Notes: a model not told the origin generated them from the letters alone. Numbered from the stretch's first letter, positions 8,463 to 17,801 are shown. The stretch: DNA of 64,000 nt from Burkholderiales bacterium (GCA_030684405.1 JAUXYA010000031.1:5483-69482), one strand, 5' to 3'. Translations and numbers: made by a program.

Positions 8463-10316
8463 TCAGACGGGTTCGAGGGCTGTGCTGAACTCCAGTTCGA
8501 CACCCAGATCCAGCAGGTCGATGACACCGACCGCCAATTCGACCCGCGCGCCGGGCAAGGCGTTCACCAGCGACGGCACGCGCTGGACTATGGGCACTGC
8601 CTCGAGCCGCACCAGGTTTTCCCGGATCACCGTGGCACTGACCACGGTCAGTTGCTCCTGTTGCAGCCAGCGCAGGCTCCAATAGCGCTCCATGCCACGC
8701 TGGAACTCGCCATAGATTTCGTAGGCCGCCTCGAAATCGCGCATCGCCGCCAGCAGCGCAGTGTCCTTGCCGGCATAGACCGGCGGCTCGCCGCGCGCGC
8801 GCGCGATCAGCTGGCGCTGGTTCACCAGATCGGCATACCGCCGCAGCGGCGATGTCGCCCACAGGTACTGCGCGACACCCAACCCGTCATGCGGTCCGGC
8901 TGCCGTGCTGGTACGCACCTTGCCGCCGCTCTGCACGCGATACAGCGCCGGCTGGCCCTCTGTATGCAGTTCGCCGGCCCAGGTGCTGTTGGCAAGGATC
9001 ATCAGTTCGGCGACCGATTGGTCAATCGGTGTGCCGCGGGGGCGCCGGCCAATGGTTACGCGGCCTGCGGCGTCCACTTGGAAGGTGAACTCGGGGCGAT
9101 CTTCCCGCAGCGGCACATCACCCTTGCGCGTGTGCAGCCGGCTACCCGAGAACTGCCACAGCCAGGCCAGCGCTTCGCCTTGCGGATGGTCGATGGCGCC
9201 ACCGGCGGCCAGTGCCTCCGCGTTGAACACCCGCTCCAGCGCATCATGGCGCAGGTTGCCGGCAATACGCACGCGTTCGATCCGGGTCTCGTGCGACAGG
9301 ATCGAAAAATCCGCGGCAATATCAAAATAGATCGACAACGCCGGGCACTCGCGCCCCGCCGCAAGCGTGTAGGCCTCGACCGCAGCATCGGGCAGCATGG
9401 TGATCTTGCTGCCGGGAAAATACACCGTCGACAGACGCTCGCGCGCCACGGCTTCCAGCGGCGAATCTGGTGCGATGCCCAGCGCCGGCGCCGCAATGTG
9501 GATGCCGAGCCGCCGCGCGCCGCCGGGCAGCGCCTGCAGCGAAAACGCATCGTCGATCTCGGTCGTTGTCGCGTCGTCGATGCTGTAAGCCTCGGCCTCG
9601 GCCAGCGGCAAGCCTTCCGGCAGCGGCACCGGCGGCAGTTCGGGAAATCCGGCGCCGCGCGGGAAATGCTCGTGCAGAAAACGGTTCAGGTGCCAGGCAT
9701 GGATGTCGGGCAAGGCACCGCAGCGCTCGAGCAGGCGCACCGGCGTCAGCTTCGCCGCTGCCGCAGCCTCCTCCAGCGCTTTCCATTCAATGCCGTTCTT
9801 GTCCGGCTTGTAAAGCAGCTGGTCGAGCAGCGTCTTGAAGGCTTCAGGCAGGCGTTGCGCAGACAGCTCCGCCACATACGCCGCCTTGGCTTCGGCCTGC
9901 AACCGCTTGCGTTCGACACTGGCCAGCGCTGCCTTCAGCGCATCCTCCGGCGCCGCCTTGTAACGACCGCGGCCCTTCTTGTAAAAGTACATCGGCGCAC
10001 CGTGCAAGCGCATCAGCACGGCCGCGGACTCCGCAGCGGACGGCGAGTGGCCGAAATACTCCGTGGCCAGGCCCTCATAGCTGAACTCTTCGGTGCCACA
10101 GCACTGCCACAGAAAATCGACATCGATAGCATCCGCCTCGCGCTGCGCCTCGGCCATGAACGCGGTATGCGCCGGCGATTCGAAACGCAGCAGCACCGCC
10201 GAAGACTTCACCTTGGCGCGCTTGCCGTGCGGCGCCTCGACCTGCAAGGAAGTATCGTTATCGGCCAATACCAGGCCAACCTTGAACTCGCTGCTTTCTT
10301 CGTAAAAAACGTTCAT
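8463..10316 (-). CDS. RNB-domain exoribonuclease (RNase II family)
   Basis: RNB catalytic motifs (TTEIDDAFS, ...TSPLRRYADLVNQRQL). Start placed at the internal ATG giving MNVFYEESSEFKVG; the longest ORF starts at 10358. Confidence 0.8.
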   Translation of the reverse strand: MNVFYEESSEFKVGLVLADNDTSLQVEAPHGKRAKVKSSAVLLRFESPAHTAFMAEAQREADAIDVDFLWQCCGTEEFSYEGLATEYFGHSPSAAESAAVLMRLHGAPMYFYKKGRGRYKAAPEDALKAALASVERKRLQAEAKAAYVAELSAQRLPEAFKTLLDQLLYKPDKNGIEWKALEEAAAAAKLTPVRLLERCGALPDIHAWHLNRFLHEHFPRGAGFPELPPVPLPEGLPLAEAEAYSIDDATTTEIDDAFSLQALPGGARRLGIHIAAPALGIAPDSPLEAVARERLSTVYFPGSKITMLPDAAVEAYTLAAGRECPALSIYFDIAADFSILSHETRIERVRIAGNLRHDALERVFNAEALAAGGAIDHPQGEALAWLWQFSGSRLHTRKGDVPLREDRPEFTFQVDAAGRVTIGRRPRGTPIDQSVAELMILANSTWAGELHTEGQPALYRVQSGGKVRTSTAAGPHDGLGVAQYLWATSPLRRYADLVNQRQLIARARGEPPVYAGKDTALLAAMRDFEAAYEIYGEFQRGMERYWSLRWLQQEQLTVVSATVIRENLVRLEAVPIVQRVPSLVNALPGARVELAVGVIDLLDLGVELEFSTALEPV

Positions 10317-10361
10317 TCCAACTTTCGCGCACGCGGCCATCAGAACGCGTGCCGCCAATAT

Positions 10362-10401
10362 CTCCCCTCTCCCATTGGGAGAGGGGCCGGGGGTGAGGGG
10401 G
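10362..10401. repeat. GC-rich REP-like hairpin element
   Basis: CCCCTCTCCCA-T-TGGGAGAGGGG hairpin followed by CCGGGGGTGAGGGGG. An inverted, truncated copy of the same words occurs at 63965-64000. Confidence 0.6.
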
Positions 10402-10460
10402 AAAACCTGAAAAAGCGAGCGTCTGGACTGCGATTTAACAGCCAGCAGCAGGGCCGCGAA

Positions 10461-11033
10461 TTATACGCGCCCGCTCTGCCAGAACGCGATAACGGTGTCG
10501 AGGTAATCGGAGAACTCGCGAAAGCCGTGGTCGCCGCCCGACACCACGATCTGCTCGCAGCCGGCATAACGCTCGACACCGGCACGATAATCCAGCACTT
10601 CGTCGCCGGTGGCCGTGATCAGCAGGTAACGCGACGACGTGATGGTTTCCACCTCGAGCGCGCGCAGCTCGGTTATGTGCTGCGGGGTCAGTTCGTAGGC
10701 CTCATCGGTGTAGAGGTTTTTCTGCGGGCCGAGAAACCCGGCGAGCAGTTCGTACGGCCGCACCGCAGGGTTGACCAGCACCGCACGTGCACCGAAACGT
10801 TCGACCAGCGCAGTCGCGTAAAAGCCGCCGAGTGATGAGCCCACCAAAGTGACGCCACGCGGATCGCACGGCGCAATGAGCTCTACCAGCTGCGCCATGG
10901 CCTGTGCCGGACGGTGTGACAGTTCAGGACAAGTGTAGTGATCGGCCAGCCCCAGCTTCGCCATGTGCTCGCGCAGCAGGCCGGCCTTATACGACAGCGC
11001 GGAGCTGTTGAAGCCGTGGACGTAGACCAGCAC
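10461..11033 (-). CDS. yqiA: YqiA/YcfP-family esterase
   Basis: LVYVHGFNSS start region and GSSLGGFYA nucleophile elbow. Start placed at the GTG 5 nt after the amidase stop. The longest ORF (11096) would overlap the amidase. Confidence 0.7.
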   Translation of the reverse strand: MLVYVHGFNSSALSYKAGLLREHMAKLGLADHYTCPELSHRPAQAMAQLVELIAPCDPRGVTLVGSSLGGFYATALVERFGARAVLVNPAVRPYELLAGFLGPQKNLYTDEAYELTPQHITELRALEVETITSSRYLLITATGDEVLDYRAGVERYAGCEQIVVSGGDHGFREFSDYLDTVIAFWQSGRV

Positions 11034-11037
11034 CGGT

Positions 11038-12216
11038 TCAGGCGGCAATACGACGCGCCAGCGCCAGCAACATTGCGTCATTGCCACGACCGGCAAGCAG
11101 CGACACCCCCAGCGGACAGCCCTTCAGCGTCGCCAGCGGCAGCGTCACCTGCGGCAGGCCGGCAAGGCCGGCAATGCACAGCAGGCTCATCGCCTTCGCG
11201 CGGAAATCGTCGAGCTGCGCCGGCGGCGTGTTCAGCAGCGGCGCGATGTCGGGCAGCGTCGGCAATACCAGTACGGCGTTGCCGGAGAGCAACGAGTCCA
11301 TGCGCGCTCGTGCCATATCGCGCAAGCGCTGCGCCTGTGCGACCTCCGCAGACGTGATCGTTGCCGTCCACTCGATACGCTCCTTCACGCCGGGCCCGAG
11401 TTTCGGCTTCACGCGCGCGACCCAGTCACCGAGCTGGGCATGAATCTCCGCGCCCTGCAGCACGCGAAACGCCTGGAACCATTGCGGCAAACCTTCCGTG
11501 CTAACCGTGACTTGCCGGAAAGCACCGAGCACGACGCCGATGCGCGCCAGCGCCGGCTGCAGCGCCTCGCGCGCCGCGGAATCCAGCAAGGCAAATGCAT
11601 CTTCGGCCAGCAGCGCGGAGCCATGTGCAGACGCCTGCACATCACCGAGCAGCACGCGGCCTACGCGTTCGAGCAGCGCCGCATCACGCGCGAACCACCC
11701 CGCAGTGTCGAAACTTTTCGCCAACGCGCAGACGCCTTCCAGCGACACGCGGCCGTGAGTCGGCCGGATGCCGTAGACACCGCAGAAACTCGCCGGCGCG
11801 CGCACTGAACCGCCGGTGTCGCTGCCCAGCGCAAAATCGACCAAGCCACCGGCGACCGCTGCTGCAGAGCCACTGGAAGAGCCGCCGGGAATGCGTCCCG
11901 GCGCGTTGACGTTCACCGGCGTGCCGTAATGCGCGTTCTCGCCATTCAGGCTGTAAGTCAGTTCGTCGGTCTGGGTCTTGCCGAGCATGTCGGCCCCGGC
12001 CGCGAGCAGCGTCGCCACGGTCGGCGCGGTGCGCGTCGCAGGCTCATGCGTCGCCAGCCAGTCGGGGCTGCCGAAGCCAGTGCGATGACCTGTGATGTCG
12101 TAGATGTCCTTGGCGCCGAAGCTGAGCCCCTTGAGCGGGCCGCTGCCGGAGCCTTTCAGCGCAACATGGGTGTGGCGGCAGAATGCGCCGATTGCGTCAT
12201 CCGGTATGTTGGCCAT
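11038..12216 (-). CDS. amidase-signature family amidohydrolase
   Basis: 392 aa with the amidase signature [12 protein letters not shown] and FGAKDIYD. Confidence 0.85.
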   Translation of the reverse strand: MANIPDDAIGAFCRHTHVALKGSGSGPLKGLSFGAKDIYDITGHRTGFGSPDWLATHEPATRTAPTVATLLAAGADMLGKTQTDELTYSLNGENAHYGTPVNVNAPGRIPGGSSSGSAAAVAGGLVDFALGSDTGGSVRAPASFCGVYGIRPTHGRVSLEGVCALAKSFDTAGWFARDAALLERVGRVLLGDVQASAHGSALLAEDAFALLDSAAREALQPALARIGVVLGAFRQVTVSTEGLPQWFQAFRVLQGAEIHAQLGDWVARVKPKLGPGVKERIEWTATITSAEVAQAQRLRDMARARMDSLLSGNAVLVLPTLPDIAPLLNTPPAQLDDFRAKAMSLLCIAGLAGLPQVTLPLATLKGCPLGVSLLAGRGNDAMLLALARRIAA

Positions 12217-12218
12217 GA

Positions 12219-13565
12219 TCAGTGCGCGAACTGCTCGAGCAGCTTGCCATGGATGCCGCCAAAGCCGCCGTTGCTCATCACCAGCACATGATCGCCATCG
12301 CGCGCAGCCGCGGTGATCGCTGTCACCATCTGTCCGAGATCATCGTGCACCGTGGCCTTGTCGCCAAGCGGTACAAGTGCCTCCGCGGCATCCCAACCCA
12401 GCCCTCCGCCGTAGCAATAGACCAGATCAGCGCCGGCAAGGCTGCCGGGCAGGGCCTGGTTCATGACGCCGAGCTTCATCGTGTTCGAACGTGGTTCAAT
12501 CACGGCAAGAATGCGCGCCTTGCCGACCTTGCGTCGCAGCCCGGCGATGGTGGTGGCAATCGCCGTCGGATGATGGGCAAAGTCGTCATAGACCGTGATG
12601 CCGCGTACCGTGCCGCGCACTTCCATGCGCCGCCGCACATTCTTGAATTGCCCCAGCGCATCGACCGCACCAGCCGCCGGCACGCCGGCATGGCGCGCGG
12701 CGGCAATCGCCGCCAGCGCATTCATCCGGTTGTGCGTCCCGAGCAAGTCCCACAGCACACGGCCACGCGAAGCGTTTTCATGGAACACCTCAAAAGCGCC
12801 ACCGTCGTCGGGCTCCCCCGCCTGCCAGGCGCCCTCTCCGCCGAAACGTTCCACCGGCGTCCACGCGCCGCGCGCGAGCACCCGGTCCAGCGCGGGCTCC
12901 GCGCCGTGGGCGACGATCAGCCCGTTGCCGGGCACGGTGCGCACGAGGTGGTGGAACTGGGTCTCGATCGCGGCCAGATCGGGAAAAATGTCGGCGTGAT
13001 CGTATTCGAGATTGTTGAGCACCAGGGTGCGCGGCGCGTAATGCACGAATTTCGAGCGCTTGTCGAAAAATGCGGTGTCGTACTCGTCAGCTTCGATCAC
13101 GAAAAACGGCGTCTCGGTCAATCGCGCCGAGATACCGAAGTTCTGCGGCACGCCGCCGATCAGAAAGCCGGGATGGAGGCCGGCATGCTCGAGAATCCAG
13201 GCCAGCATCGAACTTGTGGTGGTCTTGCCGTGGGTGCCCGCCACCGCCAGCACCCAGTGCCCCTGCAGCACATGTTCGCGCAGCCACTGCGGACCCGACG
13301 CATAGGGCAGGCCACGATTGAGTATGGCTTCCATCAGCGGATTGCCGCGGGTCACCACGTTGCCGATCACGAACAGATCGGGACTAAGGTCCAGCTGATC
13401 TGCCTGGTAACCGGTGATCAGCTTGATGCCCTGTGCCTCAAGCTGGGTGCTCATCGGCGGATAGACATTGGCATCGCAGCCGGTGACCGTGTGGCCCGCG
13501 GCGCGCGCGATCACGGCGAGCCCGCCCATGAAAGTGCCGCAGATGCCGAGGATATGGATGTGCAT
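12219..13565 (-). CDS. mpl: UDP-N-acetylmuramate:L-alanyl-gamma-D-glutamyl-meso-DAP ligase
   Basis: N-terminus MHIHILGICGTFMGGLA is almost identical to that recalled for E. coli Mpl. Mur ligase motif GTHGKTTT. Confidence 0.93.
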   Translation of the reverse strand: MHIHILGICGTFMGGLAVIARAAGHTVTGCDANVYPPMSTQLEAQGIKLITGYQADQLDLSPDLFVIGNVVTRGNPLMEAILNRGLPYASGPQWLREHVLQGHWVLAVAGTHGKTTTSSMLAWILEHAGLHPGFLIGGVPQNFGISARLTETPFFVIEADEYDTAFFDKRSKFVHYAPRTLVLNNLEYDHADIFPDLAAIETQFHHLVRTVPGNGLIVAHGAEPALDRVLARGAWTPVERFGGEGAWQAGEPDDGGAFEVFHENASRGRVLWDLLGTHNRMNALAAIAAARHAGVPAAGAVDALGQFKNVRRRMEVRGTVRGITVYDDFAHHPTAIATTIAGLRRKVGKARILAVIEPRSNTMKLGVMNQALPGSLAGADLVYCYGGGLGWDAAEALVPLGDKATVHDDLGQMVTAITAAARDGDHVLVMSNGGFGGIHGKLLEQFAH

Positions 13566-13593
13566 GATGGGTGCGGAGGATAGCAGAGGAGGG

Positions 13594-13678
13594 TGAGAAG
13601 TAAGGCGTGAGATGTGAGGAATGTTCCTAATCTTGTCATCCCAAACTGCTTACTCCTTACGCCTCACGCCTCACTCAT
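13594..13678. repeat. inverted heptad-array element (TRAG-type 7-mers)
   Basis: Plus strand reads TGAGAAG TAAGGCG TGAGATG TGAGGAA. After a 28-nt centre, the complementary arm reads CTTACTC CTTACGC CTCACGC CTCACTC. About 20/28 arm positions are complementary. It lies 28 nt upstream of the mpl ATG. Confidence 0.7.
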
Positions 13679-13853
13679 GAAATGTTTCAGGTGGCCGTAC
13701 CGGGCAAAGGTCATGAACACGTTGGAGGCAGTCAGCAATACTCCGTGTGGTCAGTAACGGTGGCACTGAGGCCGTATCGTAACCATATGTTTTAATTGAT
13801 ATTTATTCGATACGCATTGTAACGTAAAAAGCGCACGGCCCTATAATGAGCAG

Positions 13854-14432
13854 ATGTCTCCCGTACCCGCCTGCCTCGTCACCGGACTGACCGGCGCCGA
13901 CAAGCGCCGCTTCCTTGTTGCGCTTGTCGGAATGCGTCCTGCGAACACCACTTGGGCGCTGCTCGACAACGACGGCGGCGGCAGTGCCCGGGATCTCACC
14001 GATAGCGGCATCGCAACTGCCGTTGTCAACGGCTGTGCATGTTGCAGTGGCCAGGTAATGTTGCAGACGGGCATCGTGCAACTGCTGCGCCGTGAGCGTC
14101 CGCAGCTGCTGATCATCGCCGTCGACGGCGCTGCAGAACCGGAGGCGCTTGATCGCGTGCTGCGGCAGCCCGGGATCACCGGCAGCGTCACGCCAGCGCT
14201 GCAGCTGTGCATCGCGCCGGCGCAATGGTTCGACGTGCTGCCGGGCCATGCGCGCGCGCGGCTGCAGCGCCAGATGCAGGCTGCGGATGGCGTGATAGCG
14301 GGCGGCGGGAACACGGCCGCAAAGCTGCAGGCCGCGGGCGCGCGACAGTTGCTTCAGGCGGAAGAAGCCATCAGGCGGGTGTCTGCCGTCGCCTCCGGCG
14401 TCAGCGCCAGCGCATCGCGAATCGCTTCGTAG
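13854..14432 (+). CDS. COG0523/CobW-like G-domain protein with a degenerate P-loop
   Basis: 192 aa with a GCACC metal-binding motif, a Walker-B-like LIIAVDGAAEP and QAADGVI, but Walker A reads GLTGADKR (no GK[ST]). TATAAT lies 6 nt before the ATG. The 3' end overlaps the convergent ATP-grasp gene by 79 nt. Confidence 0.5.
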   Translation: MSPVPACLVTGLTGADKRRFLVALVGMRPANTTWALLDNDGGGSARDLTDSGIATAVVNGCACCSGQVMLQTGIVQLLRRERPQLLIIAVDGAAEPEALDRVLRQPGITGSVTPALQLCIAPAQWFDVLPGHARARLQRQMQAADGVIAGGGNTAAKLQAAGARQLLQAEEAIRRVSAVASGVSASASRIAS

Positions 14433-15685
14433 CGCGCCTGCAGATCCCCGGCATCGTGCCCGCCGAGATTGAGCACGGCATAACGGTGGCTGCCCAGCCA
14501 TTTCATCTCGCGCGCCAGGCCGACACCGCGCTTCAGGTAAAACATCAGTCGCGCGTCCGGATAACGCCGGTGCACGGCTTCGATCTGCTCTCGGCTCGGC
14601 AGCGGTCCGTGCGGTCGGCCATCAAAACGGCGGAACACGAAACTTGCCGCCGTGCGGAACTCGCCGGCTCCGCGCACCAAGCGCGGCGTCTCTCCGGTGG
14701 CCAGGTCCAGCAGCATCGAGTAAGGGTCGCAACCGTCGACCCGGCGGTAGAGATTGACGATCTGGGTGGCCATGCGTGGGTTGATCTCGACAATGCGGAT
14801 CGCACCGCTCGCCGCATCGTGGATCAGTTCGATGTTGAAAAAACCGTGGGCATAATCCATCCCGGCGAGCAGGCACTCCGCCAGCGCAACCATGCGTTCC
14901 TGAACTTCCGCCGGCAAGCGTGAGGGGTATTCGAAGCGCATGAAGGCCTGGGTTCCGGGGTACATGACCTCGTCGACAATGCCGAGCACGGTGACGCGTC
15001 CGCGGTGCACATAGCCATCGATGTTGACCTGCACGCCTTCAAGCAGTTGTTCCGCGACCAGTGCGCGGGCGCCGATGTCGAAGGGCGTGTACAGCGGCAT
15101 CAGGTCATCGAAAGGCTTCACCAGCCGGCCGAGCACCAGGCGCTCCAGCGGAGAAAATGCAGTCAGCGCACGCAGCTGCCCGGGGTTGTCGATGCGCCGC
15201 GCCAGCACCGAGTAGGTTGCCTTGACCGGCTTCACGAAACAGGGAAATCCCAGTTGCGGCGGCGCCACCGGTCCGCCGGTGTACGGCAAGGCCTCGAACT
15301 CCGGAACGGCTCCGGGCACGATGCGGCGCTGCAGGCAACGCGCGTAATACTTGTGCTGTGCGGCAATCACCACCGCCGGATCGGTGCCCGGCAGCCCCAG
15401 TCGCTGCGCAAGCACCGCGGCAATCAGGGCGCCGAAATGCTCGTTGTTGCTGATCACGCCGTCGATGCGGCCGCGGTAGCGGCGTTCGAGGCGGCCGCGG
15501 TAGCGGCGTTCGAGGCGGTCGATGTAGCGACGCGCATCGAAAAAAAGCAGTCGCGCGCTTTCGGGGAAACGGAAAAGATCGAAGCCTTCAAGCAGAAATT
15601 CGTAGCGGCCGCGATAGCGCGGATGTTCGAGTTCCGCGCTATCCCAGTCCTTGGGAAACAGCACCAGTATTCGTTTGACGGCCAT
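14354..15685 (-). CDS. ATP-grasp domain protein, unknown substrate
   Basis: ATP-grasp core (FPCFVKPVKATYS, EQLLEG, FFNIELIHD...IVEINPR). Start placed at the internal ATG giving MAVKRILVLF; the longest ORF starts at 15802. Confidence 0.8.
   Translation of the reverse strand: MAVKRILVLFPKDWDSAELEHPRYRGRYEFLLEGFDLFRFPESARLLFFDARRYIDRLERRYRGRLERRYRGRIDGVISNNEHFGALIAAVLAQRLGLPGTDPAVVIAAQHKYYARCLQRRIVPGAVPEFEALPYTGGPVAPPQLGFPCFVKPVKATYSVLARRIDNPGQLRALTAFSPLERLVLGRLVKPFDDLMPLYTPFDIGARALVAEQLLEGVQVNIDGYVHRGRVTVLGIVDEVMYPGTQAFMRFEYPSRLPAEVQERMVALAECLLAGMDYAHGFFNIELIHDAASGAIRIVEINPRMATQIVNLYRRVDGCDPYSMLLDLATGETPRLVRGAGEFRTAASFVFRRFDGRPHGPLPSREQIEAVHRRYPDARLMFYLKRGVGLAREMKWLGSHRYAVLNLGGHDAGDLQARYEAIRDALALTPEATADTRLMASSA
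15467..15514. repeat. perfect 24-bp tandem duplication inside the ATP-grasp gene
   Basis: GCGGCCGCGGTAGCGGCGTTCGAG x2. It is in frame and encodes LERRYRGR twice. Confidence 0.95.
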
Positions 15686-15768
15686 CGGATTTTCCGGAGT
15701 CGCTAAGGGGCCCGTATCTTGAGTCGCAGTTGTTGCGGCGACCTTACAACAGCACCGGGAGCAGGTGC

Positions 15769-16398
15769 TTATTTCATGTGCCGCGGATCGAAAGTTCCCC
15801 ATGCGATATAGCCGGTGCCGAACAGCGTCGGTTCGACCTGCAGGCCAGGCACACGACGCTCCAGCAAATCCCAGGGCCGGTCGAGTCCTTCGTGGCGCGT
15901 GTAACAGCTGCGTGACTTGTAGCGGCGATACAGGCGTAGCGGGTCGAGCCAGCGCGGCGGGTGTTTGATGCCGGCGGCCGCGACGCGGGCACCAGGCCGG
16001 GTCTGGGAGAACACCGCGTCCAGCGCGTCACGAGATCTCAGGATGTCGTGAACATAATTGAACAGCAAGGCATTGGCCGGCACCGGCCAGTGCGCAGATT
16101 CGACCGATGATTCAACCAGCAGCACATTGTCCCAGCCGGCAGCGACCACACGCTGGCGGGCCAGCGCCATCATCTCCGGGCTGGCCTCGACCCCGATCAC
16201 CCGGCCCGATGCACCCACCGCACTACGCAACAGATCGAAGCCGAGGCCGGTGCCGCAGCCGGCATCGACCACGGTGTCGCCAGGCTGCAGCCGGAGATGT
16301 GCGATCGTGCGTCTGCGCAAAGCCATCGTGCGCCGGGCACTGCGGTCATAGTCTGCGGCAATGCTCCGGTAATCGGCAGGCTGGTTTCCTCGCGTCAT
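15769..16398 (-). CDS. class I SAM-dependent methyltransferase
   Basis: 209 aa with motif I VVDAGCGTGLG. Lies upstream of, and co-directional with, the ATP-grasp gene. Confidence 0.8.
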   Translation of the reverse strand: MTRGNQPADYRSIAADYDRSARRTMALRRRTIAHLRLQPGDTVVDAGCGTGLGFDLLRSAVGASGRVIGVEASPEMMALARQRVVAAGWDNVLLVESSVESAHWPVPANALLFNYVHDILRSRDALDAVFSQTRPGARVAAAGIKHPPRWLDPLRLYRRYKSRSCYTRHEGLDRPWDLLERRVPGLQVEPTLFGTGYIAWGTFDPRHMK

Positions 16399-16454
16399 GC
16401 CGGCATCTTAACCCCATGCGATACTCCTCCAGGCATCACAGCCGGAGCCCGTGC

Positions 16455-17780
16455 ATGGCCGCTCACACTGCAACTCCGCATCGCATCGTCATCGTCGGCG
16501 GGGGCGCCGGCGGCCTTGAACTCGCGACGCGGCTGGGCGACAGTCTCGGCCGCCGCGGGCAGGCACAGATCACGCTGATAGACCGTTCGCGCACCCATTT
16601 ATGGAAGCCGCTGCTGCACGAAGTTGCGGCCGGCAGCATGGACGTCGACCAGCATATGCTTGATTACCTGGCGCAGGCACGCTGGCACCATTTCCGTTTC
16701 CAGCTCGGTGCAATGCGCGGGCTCGATCGCGAACGGCGGATGGTGCGCATCGCGCCAACCCACGACGAGGACGGCCGCCTGCTGATCGGCGAACGCGAGA
16801 TTTCTTACGACACGCTGGTCATCGCCGTCGGTAGCGGCAGCAACGATTTCGGCACACCGGGGGCGCGCGAGCATGCGATCAGCCTCGACACGCCGCCGCA
16901 GGCCGAACGCTTCCACAACCAACTGATCAATGCCTGCATCCGCGCCAATGCCCAGCCCGAGCCGCTGCGCCCGGAGCAACTGCAGGTCGCGATCATCGGC
17001 GCCGGCGCGACCGGTGTTGAACTGGCCGCGGAACTGCACCACACGACGCGCGAACTGGTCGCCTTCGGGCTCGAAAAAATCGATGCCGGGCGTGACACCC
17101 GCATCACGCTGATCGAGGCCGGGCCGCGCGTGTTGCCGGCACTGCCGGAACGGCTGTCGAAATCCACCACAGATCTGCTCGGCGCACTCAATGTGCAGGT
17201 GCTGACCGGCGCCCGGGTCACCGCAGTCGAGCGCGATGGCGTGGTGCTCGCCGACGGCCGGAAAATTCCCGCCGAACTGACGGTCTGGGCCGCCGGCATC
17301 AAGGCGCCGGATTTCCTGAAGGATATTGGCGGCCTGGAAACCAACCGTCTGAACCAGCTGGTGGTGAAGGACACGCTGCAGACCACGCGCGACGCCGATA
17401 TTTTCGCGCTGGGCGACTGCGCGGCCTGTGCCTGGCCCGGTCGCGAACACAATGTGCCGCCGCGCGCGCAGGCTGCACACCAGCAGGCGACGCGGCTCGC
17501 GGACAACCTCGAACGCCGGCTCGCCGGCAAGACACTGCGGCCTTTCACCTACCGTGATTTCGGTTCGCTGGTGTCGCTGGGTGAATATTCAACCGTAGGC
17601 AGCCTGATGGGCGCACTGGTCGGCGGCAGCCTGTTTATCGAAGGCCTGTTTGCGCGTTTCATGTACGTGTCGCTGTACCGTATGCATCTCTACGCGCTGC
17701 ACGGCTTTGCCAAGGTGTTTTTCGACACGCTGGCACGGATGATCACGCGGCGCACCGAGCCACGCGTGAAGTTGCATTAA
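16455..17780 (+). CDS. ndh: type II NADH:quinone oxidoreductase
   Basis: Starts at the internal ATG giving MAAHTATPHRIVIVGGGAGGLELA. A second dinucleotide fold is IIGAGATGVELAAEL. The upstream 116 codons of the ORF are Arg/Pro-rich junk. Confidence 0.9.
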   Translation: MAAHTATPHRIVIVGGGAGGLELATRLGDSLGRRGQAQITLIDRSRTHLWKPLLHEVAAGSMDVDQHMLDYLAQARWHHFRFQLGAMRGLDRERRMVRIAPTHDEDGRLLIGEREISYDTLVIAVGSGSNDFGTPGAREHAISLDTPPQAERFHNQLINACIRANAQPEPLRPEQLQVAIIGAGATGVELAAELHHTTRELVAFGLEKIDAGRDTRITLIEAGPRVLPALPERLSKSTTDLLGALNVQVLTGARVTAVERDGVVLADGRKIPAELTVWAAGIKAPDFLKDIGGLETNRLNQLVVKDTLQTTRDADIFALGDCAACAWPGREHNVPPRAQAAHQQATRLADNLERRLAGKTLRPFTYRDFGSLVSLGEYSTVGSLMGALVGGSLFIEGLFARFMYVSLYRMHLYALHGFAKVFFDTLARMITRRTEPRVKLH

Positions 17781-17801
17781 ATACCGTTTAAAATCAAATA
17801 C

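Noticed and set aside
8652-10835. 727-aa plus-strand ORF
   Set aside because: Antisense shadow of the RNase II-family and yqiA genes. No motifs.
13677-13757. 26-codon mini-ORF (MKCFRWPYRAKVMNTLEAVSNTPCGQ) next to the heptad hairpin
   Set aside because: No SD, no conservation evidence available, and too short to support from sequence alone.
16107-16454. 116-codon N-terminal extension of ndh
   Set aside because: It is Arg/Pro/Ser-rich and overlaps the methyltransferase gene in antisense. The Rossmann fold begins right after ATG 16455.
17589-17777. 62-aa minus-strand ORF that follows the conserved AT-rich leader copy
   Set aside because: It is tempting because the leader and ATG match the PCuAC leader. 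However, the ORF lies wholly antisense inside the ndh 3' end and its product is R/H/Q-rich with no features. It is kept only as a relic hypothesis in the findings.
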